Of a stretch of DNA of 32,000 bases, positions 26,000 to 32,000 are shown piece after piece. The position numbers were made by a program, and so were the translations under genes. The DNA is from Methanothermobacter marburgensis str. Marburg (lineage in GTDB: Archaea; Methanobacteriota; Methanobacteria; Methanobacteriales; Methanothermobacteraceae), in assembly GCF_000145295.1 (NCBI RefSeq), contig NC_014408.1, forward strand, positions 690,001 to 722,000, read 5' to 3'. Under the pieces are notes generated by a model. That model saw only the letters and a program-made list of their open reading frames with translations. It was not told the DNA's origin and did no database searches. How positions within the stretch are numbered: the first letter of the stretch is position 1; each line of letters starts with the position of its first letter.

Positions 26000-26475
26000 G
26001 CCTTGGAAGAATCCTCAACGAACTGGCAAACCCCAAGAGGATACCGCGTCTATTCGCATTCTCACTTGGACTCGTGCTCCTTGTGGGTTTCCTGGTACCA
26101 TTAACACTGAATGAGAACCAGCTCTACCCGAGGCCACTCCCACAGGAACAGATTAACAGCAAGGATCCCCTGGCACCCTACGACCGTGGTGGGGTTCCAC
26201 TTGAGGAACCAGGCAACGTGAAGTCCCAGTACCCCCAGTTTGAGGTTAACCTGGGTAAGATCACAGCTTACCTGTCACCGATAGCGATAGCGGTCAAGGA
26301 CCTTACCTACTACTTCGGAACCTCAATATACTCATCCCCGGGGGGTCTCATAGATGAGATACTGTACTACACAAGGGGTCTTGACACGGTCCTTGAGTCA
26401 AGCATACTCATGATGGCATTCACCATAGCATCATGGGTCGCCCTTAACTTCACTGTGAGGAGGCGTAAACCATGA
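25996..26475 (+). CDS. ehaF: Eha membrane subunit EhaF
   Basis: ATG 25996 overlaps the ehaE stop (GTATGA). The product [32 protein letters not shown].. has an N-terminal TM and a C-terminal TM. The upstream 80 codons of the ORF-track ORF were rejected. Confidence 0.65.
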   Translation: MSLGRILNELANPKRIPRLFAFSLGLVLLVGFLVPLTLNENQLYPRPLPQEQINSKDPLAPYDRGGVPLEEPGNVKSQYPQFEVNLGKITAYLSPIAIAVKDLTYYFGTSIYSSPGGLIDEILYYTRGLDTVLESSILMMAFTIASWVALNFTVRRRKP

Positions 26476-27134
26476 TGGTACCTGAATTCACAGTTTCACT
26501 CTTCGTCCCGGCTGTCTACACGGGACTTGTAGCGGGATTCATAGCGCTCCTTGGGATATCATTCCAGAAGAATGACCTCAGCGCACTCATAATCACCGAT
26601 ATAGTGGGAATAGCAATGCTTGTGATCGTTGCAGCGGTCGGAACCGACCTTGCAGAGGCCCTCATACTCCCCGGGCTGGTGGTTGAACTGGCCGAGATAA
26701 TGGCCATCTCGGAGATACTCATTTCAAGGGAGATGAGGATCCGTGGCGAGGTGGAGGAGATTGAACACGTCCCGATGGAACTCGAGGTCTTCAGGACAGC
26801 CCCCAACTTCCTGGCACTTGTACTCATAGCCTACGGCGTGTTCCTCACAGGTTTCACAGGGGGTGCGGTTGCAGGTGCAGGTGTTCTGTTCTACGCTGCA
26901 ACCAGGAAGGCCCGTGGCCTGCCGGTGGCTGAATGGAATGGTATAGCGGGTGTCTCAGGTATAACCTGGTGCCTATGGCTTGCAGGTTTCCTGATATTCT
27001 TCACAGCACCACAGCTCTGGCTCCCGGCCCTGTTCCTTTCAAGTTGCGGTATACTTATCAAGGTGGCCAGCAAGATGGGCCTCATCGGGGTCCTTGCAAG
27101 GGAGGAGATCAGGGAAGCAGGGGGTGATGAATGA
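26472..27134 (+). CDS. ehaG: Eha membrane subunit EhaG
   Basis: 220-aa polytopic ORF with an ATGA overlap with ehaF. Assigned by operon order. Confidence 0.65.
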   Translation: MMVPEFTVSLFVPAVYTGLVAGFIALLGISFQKNDLSALIITDIVGIAMLVIVAAVGTDLAEALILPGLVVELAEIMAISEILISREMRIRGEVEEIEHVPMELEVFRTAPNFLALVLIAYGVFLTGFTGGAVAGAGVLFYAATRKARGLPVAEWNGIAGVSGITWCLWLAGFLIFFTAPQLWLPALFLSSCGILIKVASKMGLIGVLAREEIREAGGDE

Positions 27135-27805
27135 TGGATATAGCGTCCCTTGGTGGTGAGCTACTGGGTCAGATACCCTTCGGGGACATAGTGCTCTACC
27201 TCACACCATTCAACCTGTTCATGTTCGCATCTGTACTCATATTCACGTTCCTCATAGCCATAAGCCGGACAGAGACCCAGGTTGAGACAGAGTTCGGGTC
27301 ACTGGGTAACCGGAGGGTTGAGGTTGACACAGCCGAGTTCAGGATCAGGAGGTTCCTTGCAATAGTCTGTGGACTTGCAACTGCAGGCGCGATGGTTACA
27401 GGTGACCTGTTCAACTTCACACTCTTTGTGGCACTCATAGGAATAGTTAACATCGGTATAGTCTCAGCGGTGAGACAGGTGGATGTGCTTGATGCGGCCT
27501 TCCAGTATGGACTCATAGCCATGATGGCTTCACTTCCCCTCTTCGGGGGCGCGGCCATGGTGCTGGGCTCATCAGGTACACTGAGTCTCCTTGAGCTATC
27601 CCATATCGGGGGAAACCCCATGATAAGCTTTGCAACCATCCTCCTTCTGATGGGGGTTATAGGTGAGACCGGTGTTGCACCGTTCTATGCAACCAAGGCA
27701 GAGATGTTCCGGACACCCGGCTCACCCTTCATACTCATAATACACCTCAGCTCCCTCCTGGTGATTGTGAGGGCCATTGAGGTTTTACTGATAGTTGCAC
27801 TCTGA
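27131..27805 (+). CDS. ehaH: Eha conserved integral membrane subunit EhaH (short NuoL/M/N-related antiporter-like subunit)
   Basis: 224-aa polytopic ORF with an ATGA overlap with ehaG. Its position and size match the published EhaH. The antiporter-like relationship comes from the literature and was not verified here. Confidence 0.7.
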   Translation: MMDIASLGGELLGQIPFGDIVLYLTPFNLFMFASVLIFTFLIAISRTETQVETEFGSLGNRRVEVDTAEFRIRRFLAIVCGLATAGAMVTGDLFNFTLFVALIGIVNIGIVSAVRQVDVLDAAFQYGLIAMMASLPLFGGAAMVLGSSGTLSLLELSHIGGNPMISFATILLLMGVIGETGVAPFYATKAEMFRTPGSPFILIIHLSSLLVIVRAIEVLLIVAL

Positions 27806-27815
27806 AGGTGAGATC

Positions 27816-28031
27816 ATGAATAAACTTAAAGCAGGAAGCCTTACTGCCCTGATACTATCAGCAACCGGGATAATCTATGCCCTCCTCTTCAACCCACCTG
27901 CGTGGGTGGTGTATGGCGTGGCCATATTCCTCATCCCGGTCTTCATACTCTCGCTGGGGATACTCTCCATGGCGACACCAGAGAAGGATGAGGCTGACGA
28001 GAGGGTTAACGAACCATTCATAGGGTACTGA
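27816..28031 (+). CDS. ehaI: Eha membrane subunit EhaI
   Basis: 71-aa ORF with two hydrophobic helices. ATG 27816 is preceded by AAGGTGAGATC. The TTG at 27795 lies inside ehaH and was rejected. Confidence 0.6.
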   Translation: MNKLKAGSLTALILSATGIIYALLFNPPAWVVYGVAIFLIPVFILSLGILSMATPEKDEADERVNEPFIGY

Positions 28032-28062
28032 TGATCATGGAACCATACTTTGCGGTGATGAA

Positions 28063-28926
28063 ATGAATCTGATGGGAAACATCATAGTTAACGTTACAAT
28101 AGCATTTCTGGTGGGGAGCCTGCTTCTGGGGTTCCAGAGGAAGGTGATGGCGAGGATACAGAGGAGACCAGGACCCCCTGTTATACAGCACCTCCTCCAC
28201 ACCCTTAAGTTCTACATAAAGGAGTCATCGTTCCCCAGGACGGCTGCCATGCCATTCTATGTGGCTATAGCGGCGACACTCTGTGGTATCTGGATTAGCG
28301 CGGTTATCGTGGGACCTGTTCTTGAGGGCTCACTCCTGCTCTTCTTCGGGATATACGCCCTCCACAAGATCGTTGAGCACAACGCAGGATCATCATCCGG
28401 TTCACCGTATGGTAAGCTCAGCTGTGTCCGCGCGGTTTTCTCTGCTGCAGCCGAACTGCCACTCTTTGCGGTGCTCGCCATCATATACCTGCAGACCAGG
28501 ACGATGATGATATCCGACATCATAGGCTACCAGAGCATCCACGGGCCACTCATACTGAAGCTCCCCCTGGCGGCCATGATGTTCTTTGTCCTCATACTCT
28601 CAAAGGCACCGTACTCACCATTCTCCATAACCAAGGGTAAGGACATAATATCCGGGTATGAGACAGAGCACTTCGGGGTCCTCAGGGGCTACCTGATGAT
28701 CTCAGAGTCCATTGCATGGTACATGCTCCTCTGGATATTCCTCACGGTATTCATAGGCGGCCTGAGCCTGCCGCTATACATCCTGGGAATGGTGATTATC
28801 ACGGCGGTAACGGCATTCATAAACGCAACAACACCAATGCTGAACCCCAACCACTCTGTGGCCATACAGGTTATCCTGGCATTCGCCGGTATAGCAGGGT
28901 CCATCATTCTTATGCTTGTAATGTGA
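28063..28926 (+). CDS. ehaJ: Eha integral membrane subunit EhaJ (NuoH/HycD/EchB family)
   Basis: 287-aa polytopic ORF. Its N-terminal [14 protein letters not shown] is the NuoH/HycD signature (ERKxxAxxQxRxGP). Confidence 0.8.
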   Translation: MNLMGNIIVNVTIAFLVGSLLLGFQRKVMARIQRRPGPPVIQHLLHTLKFYIKESSFPRTAAMPFYVAIAATLCGIWISAVIVGPVLEGSLLLFFGIYALHKIVEHNAGSSSGSPYGKLSCVRAVFSAAAELPLFAVLAIIYLQTRTMMISDIIGYQSIHGPLILKLPLAAMMFFVLILSKAPYSPFSITKGKDIISGYETEHFGVLRGYLMISESIAWYMLLWIFLTVFIGGLSLPLYILGMVIITAVTAFINATTPMLNPNHSVAIQVILAFAGIAGSIILMLVM

Positions 28927-28949
28927 TAGTAATTTAGAGAGGGGATTTA

Positions 28950-29201
28950 ATGGAGAAAGGTCTAACGGTACTCACGGCACTTGTTGCGGGCGGAGTAATA
29001 ATCGTGAGCCTGCTTGCAGCCATCATGCAGAGGATATCTGTAATACCGGTCACATTCCTTGCAGCCATATTCATGGTTCTACTGCTCATGGCGGGCAGTG
29101 AAAGGGTCTCTGAACTCTCAGAGGAACTTGAAAGGGCTGCGTTCTTCGCGGTACTGGCACTCTTCATAATTTCATTCCTGGTCCTCTACAGACCGGTATA
29201 A
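28950..29201 (+). CDS. ehaK: Eha membrane subunit EhaK
   Basis: 83-aa hydrophobic ORF after the SD-like GAGAGGGGA. Assigned by operon order. Confidence 0.6.
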   Translation: MEKGLTVLTALVAGGVIIVSLLAAIMQRISVIPVTFLAAIFMVLLLMAGSERVSELSEELERAAFFAVLALFIISFLVLYRPV

Positions 29202-29213
29202 TCAAATTCACTG

Positions 29214-29540
29214 GTGATAATATTGTATGGAATATACCTTGTATACACGGTTTCCTTTATCGCTGGCTCGGTAACCGGTTTACTCTTAAGCTACCGGAAG
29301 TACAGGGAGCCATTTGTGGAGGAAAAAATAGACCCACTGGCACTTATAGTAGCCCTCGTGGGGTGGGTGGTGCTTGTGAATGCGGCCCTGGCACCCTTCA
29401 CCCCTCTTTTAAGGACCGGGGGGTTCTTCATGGTCGCCCTGGTTGCCGGTATGAGGCCAGGGTATGGTAGATACGAGACGGTCCTGGGGGCTGCGGTGGC
29501 TTTTATCATATGGCTCCTGGCCGGGACCCCGGGGTGGTAG
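29214..29540 (+). CDS. ehaL: Eha membrane subunit EhaL
   Basis: 108-aa hydrophobic ORF with a GTG start. Assigned by operon order. Confidence 0.6.
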   Translation: MIILYGIYLVYTVSFIAGSVTGLLLSYRKYREPFVEEKIDPLALIVALVGWVVLVNAALAPFTPLLRTGGFFMVALVAGMRPGYGRYETVLGAAVAFIIWLLAGTPGW

Positions 29541-29542
29541 TT

Positions 29543-29923
29543 ATGGATGAAGGAGAACTCATGAGGCTCATGAAGAGGAGGATAATTGAAAGTTACCGGT
29601 GGCAGGAGGATGTTGTGAAACCACTCTCCAGGGAACTTGAAATTGATCTGGAGGAGTTCCAGGAGATACTCATGGATAAACTGGACATGTCCAGCCTTGA
29701 GGCCCTCCACCCCAGATTCGAGTCTGCAAGGCCAAGGTGCATAAAGGAGAAGCTGCACAGTGACCTCCAGCTCTGCTGGCTCGTTGATGTGATGGAAATC
29801 GTGGATACTGGGGATGCAGAGGCACTCAAGGATGAGATAACAGGGATGATCCTGGATGGAGCCGAATACGGAGATGCCCTTGCTGAGGGGAAGAGGAGGC
29901 TCCATGAGATACTCCGGTCTTAA
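29543..29923 (+). CDS. ehaM: Eha hydrophilic subunit EhaM
   Basis: 126-aa acidic soluble ORF. ATG 29543 lies 2 nt after the ehaL stop and is preceded by GGGGTGG. The 29510 start lies inside ehaL and was rejected. Confidence 0.6.
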   Translation: MDEGELMRLMKRRIIESYRWQEDVVKPLSRELEIDLEEFQEILMDKLDMSSLEALHPRFESARPRCIKEKLHSDLQLCWLVDVMEIVDTGDAEALKDEITGMILDGAEYGDALAEGKRRLHEILRS

Positions 29924-30035
29924 GATTGATCATGAAGGAGTGGATGTAGAGGTAAAGAAATGTTGGATGCTCTTAAGCTTAAGATTGATCATTAAAGAGT
30001 GGATGTAGAGGTAAAGAAATGTTGGATGCTCTTAA
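29919..30035 (+). repeat. Tandem duplication, 2 x 58 nt with 2 mismatches, period 59 nt, across the ehaM stop / ehaN start
   Basis: 29919-29976 vs 29978-30035, checked base by base. The mismatches are at 29934/29993 (G/T) and 29937/29996 (G/A). CTTAAG/CTTAAA motifs sit at the unit ends. Confidence 0.95.
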
Positions 30036-30465
30036 AAGTATTCTGAGGAAAACATCAATCCACGTGTGTCTTGTGAACACCGGAGGGTGCAACGGCTGCG
30101 ACATAGAGGTCCTTGCACTCCTCTCACCCAGATATGACCTTGAACAGTACGGTATATACGTCCACCAGAACCCCAGGGAGGCTGATGTGATACTGGTGAC
30201 CGGTGCCGTTACAGAGCAGTGGAGAGAGAAGCTTCAGAGGATATACAGCAAGGCACCTGAGCCAAAGATAGTGGTGGCCCTGGGCAACTGCCCCATCTCA
30301 GGGGACGTGTTCAACCAGGAGGGTGGGAGCGTCTATGCACCGGTCTCTGACTTCATACCGGTGGACGCTGAGGTCCCTGGTTGTCCGCCAAGGCCATCTG
30401 AGATACTTGAAGCGATACTGTCTGTGGCACCCGGTGCAATAGCAGAGAGGGGGAGAAAGAGATGA
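30019..30465 (+). CDS. ehaN: Eha [NiFe] hydrogenase small subunit (NuoB/HycG-like, one [4Fe-4S])
   Basis: 148-aa ORF whose Cys ligands GGCNGC, GNCP and PGCPPRP are characteristic of the NuoB-type small subunit. Confidence 0.9.
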   Translation: MLDALKSILRKTSIHVCLVNTGGCNGCDIEVLALLSPRYDLEQYGIYVHQNPREADVILVTGAVTEQWREKLQRIYSKAPEPKIVVALGNCPISGDVFNQEGGSVYAPVSDFIPVDAEVPGCPPRPSEILEAILSVAPGAIAERGRKR

Positions 30466-31574
30466 TACTGCCACTTGGACCCATGCACCCCGGCTACAAG
30501 GAGCCCATAAGGCTCAAGGTTAAGACAAGGGGTGAGAAGGTTCTCAAGGCCGAGATAGAGTATGGATACGTTCACAGGGGAATAGAGAGGGTGATGAGGA
30601 ACAAGACCTGGCAGAAGGCCATATACCTCTCTGAGCGGGTCTGCGGGATATGCTCATATATACACACACAGACCTTTGCAGAGGCATTTGAGGCCATATC
30701 TGAGGTGGAGGCCCCACCGAGGGCCCAGTTCCTCCGTGCACTGACCAACGAACTTGACAGGATACAGAGTCACCTCATTGCAAATTCAACCTACTTCAAG
30801 GCCCTTGACCATGAGACAATGTTCATGTACATGCTGGCCCTGAGGGAGCCTGTCATGGATGCCATCGAGTTACTCACAGGTAACCGTGTCAACATGGGCT
30901 GGAACGTTGTGGGGGGTGTGAGGATGGACGCCTCAGAGGATCACCTCTCAAGGATAAGGGAGATCATAGTGGACCTTGAAAGGGAATTCGACCGTTACGT
31001 TGAAATGTTCGAGCACGGGCCACTCATAGGACTCAGGTCAAGGGACGTGGGTTACATGAGCCGTGAGGAGGCAGAGAAGGCCCGGGCAGTGGGACCCATC
31101 GGAAGGGCCTCGGGTATACGGTATGACTTCAGGGAGGATCACCCCACCTACCGGGATCACCTGGATTTCAGGACGATCTGGAGGGATGAGGGGGACAACT
31201 TTGCAAGGGTCATGAACCGCTTCGATGAGATAAGGGTCTCAATTGACCTCATAAAGCAGGTGATAGACAGTATCCCCTCCGGCCCTGTGAGGAGGAAGGT
31301 GGATGTGAAGGCAGGCTACGGGGAGTGGAGAAACGAGGCACCCCGCGGCGAGGTGGCCTACATGATTGAGACCAACGGAAACCTCATAAAGAACATCTCC
31401 ATAAGGACCCCCAGCATCATGAACATCGATGCCTGTGCAAAGTACATGCTGCGTGACGTTGCAACCGTTGCAGATGCCGTTGCAACCTATGCCAGTGCAG
31501 ACCCATGCATAGCATGTGCAGAGAGGGTCGTGGTCCTGGACGAGAATGAGGGAAAGAGGGAGATACTCCTTTAA
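30462..31574 (+). CDS. ehaO: Eha [NiFe] hydrogenase large subunit (NuoD/HycE/EchE-like)
   Basis: 370-aa ORF with the N-terminal NiFe motif RVCGICS and the C-terminal motif [13 protein letters not shown] overlap with ehaN. Confidence 0.95.
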   Translation: MILPLGPMHPGYKEPIRLKVKTRGEKVLKAEIEYGYVHRGIERVMRNKTWQKAIYLSERVCGICSYIHTQTFAEAFEAISEVEAPPRAQFLRALTNELDRIQSHLIANSTYFKALDHETMFMYMLALREPVMDAIELLTGNRVNMGWNVVGGVRMDASEDHLSRIREIIVDLEREFDRYVEMFEHGPLIGLRSRDVGYMSREEAEKARAVGPIGRASGIRYDFREDHPTYRDHLDFRTIWRDEGDNFARVMNRFDEIRVSIDLIKQVIDSIPSGPVRRKVDVKAGYGEWRNEAPRGEVAYMIETNGNLIKNISIRTPSIMNIDACAKYMLRDVATVADAVATYASADPCIACAERVVVLDENEGKREILL

Positions 31575-31591
31575 AAGAATTGATCATGTTG

Positions 31592-31605
31592 ATGTCCTAT
31601 GTCCT
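31592..31605 (+). repeat. 7-nt tandem duplication ATGTCCT x2 on the ehaP start codon
   Basis: 31592-31598 equals 31599-31605. Only the second ATG is in frame with the ferredoxin ORF. Confidence 0.8.
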
Positions 31606-32000
31606 CTGTAATATGGTACCTCTACGAGTTTGCCCGCAAATCATGGGCAGAGAAATTTGCAAATGCACATACAGAACATGAGATCCTTGAAAAACCCGAA
31701 AGGTTCAGGGATTTCCCCACAGTACATAAGGAGTACTGCATAGGCTGCGGGGCCTGCACCACAGCATGCCCTGCCCCCGGCGCGATAAAACTGGTCCGCG
31801 ATACCGACACCTCCGAGGAGGAGGGCCTGACCTACCCGGTGATAGTGAGGGGGGCCTGTATCAGGTGCGGATTCTGCGCCGAGGTCTGCCCCACCGACCC
31901 CAAGACTATAGAATGCGGTGAGAACCACCTCATAAGGGAAGAGTTCACAATCGTACCCTCAGAGAAGCTCTACGTGATAGACGATTACCTCTGCATACGC
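31599..32000 (+). CDS. ehaP: Eha polyferredoxin subunit EhaP (NuoI/HycF-like N-terminus), 3' end outside the window
   Basis: I translated this ORF myself; it is absent from the track because it runs off the end. The product is [16 protein letters not shown]...[12 protein letters not shown]...[12 protein letters not shown], with two CxxCxxCxxxCP [4Fe-4S] motifs. It is open through 32000. Confidence 0.8.
   Translation, partial: MSSVIWYLYEFARKSWAEKFANAHTEHEILEKPERFRDFPTVHKEYCIGCGACTTACPAPGAIKLVRDTDTSEEEGLTYPVIVRGACIRCGFCAEVCPTDPKTIECGENHLIREEFTIVPSEKLYVIDDYLCIR

Noticed and set aside
8326-29542. Longer ORF-track starts at 8326 (GT4), 9618 (membrane protein), 27795 (ehaI) and 29510 (ehaM).
   Set aside because: Three of these (8326, 27795, 29510) extend into the preceding gene. 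Downstream starts (8365, 27816, 29543) sit just after the upstream stop and follow SD-like GGTG/GAGG sequences. At 9618 the GTG is merely replaced by ATG 9627, which follows AAAGGTG.
29971-29983. The junction of the 59-nt duplication reads CTTAAGCTTAAG: two CTTAAG palindromes creating AAGCTT, a possible cloning or assembly artefact.
   Set aside because: The palindromes follow directly from the CTTAAG that already ends and begins the repeat unit. Sequence alone cannot show an artefact. Read-level verification is listed as the check.
25348-30035. Whether the 55- and 59-nt repeats could be a CRISPR array or a minisatellite.
   Set aside because: Each has only two directly abutting copies, with no spacers, and each maps onto a gene junction. 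No cas genes are present in the window.
26516-31928. Antisense ORFs inside eha genes (26516..26827, 27196..27639, 28257..28523, 29291..29905 at 204 aa, 30333..30575, 31641..31928). Similar ones occur elsewhere (620..883, 1689..1874, 18010..18303, 18713..19054, 20196..20507, 21617..21835, 22148..22435).
   Set aside because: Each is fully nested opposite a gene with strong motif support. They are Ser/Arg/Pro-rich, as expected for the reverse frames of G+C-rich coding DNA, and none contains a recognisable motif.

Overview
The window reads as a Methanothermobacter-type (Methanobacteriales) chromosome segment. This assignment rests on recognising the eha operon and on AGG/ATA-rich codon usage; no search could be run. 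There are three parts.

(1) Native-composition cell-envelope glycan genes (roughly half G+C in lines I sampled by hand) lie at 1-2106 and about 16.9-24.1 kb. They comprise a secreted C5-epimerase-like protein, two GT2 transferases, a Wzx-type flippase, an NAD-dependent sugar epimerase, a DUF1616-like membrane glycoprotein and two tandem secreted paralogs.

(2) A sharply AT-rich block of about 13 kb at 2107-15054 (about a quarter G+C in sampled lines) carries a self-contained polysaccharide cluster. It holds one GT2, four GT4, a methyltransferase, a Tmk-like P-loop kinase, a frameshifted AlkP-family phosphodiesterase, a 700-aa polytopic membrane protein and a second Wzx. A further mosaic patch at 15.4-18.4 kb is full of gene relics: two glf 3' stubs, a split transferase and two genes truncated head to head.

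(3) From 24.26 kb to the window end lie the first 16 genes (ehaA-ehaP) of the energy-converting [NiFe] hydrogenase Eha operon.

The signals most worth a second look:
- Three tandem duplications of 55, 59 and 7 nt sit exactly on the start regions of ehaD, ehaN and ehaP. Each creates an out-of-frame decoy start.
- Mini-ORFs and a recurrent GATCATG context occupy the eha intercistronic junctions.
- A U-UUU-UUA slippery site lies at the frameshift in the phosphodiesterase gene.
- A 296-nt identical tract, probably gene conversion, links the two secreted paralogs.
- The cassette-like island has no detectable mobility genes.

No rRNA, tRNA, CRISPR array, transposase or integrase was found. All family names are from memory of motifs, not from searches.
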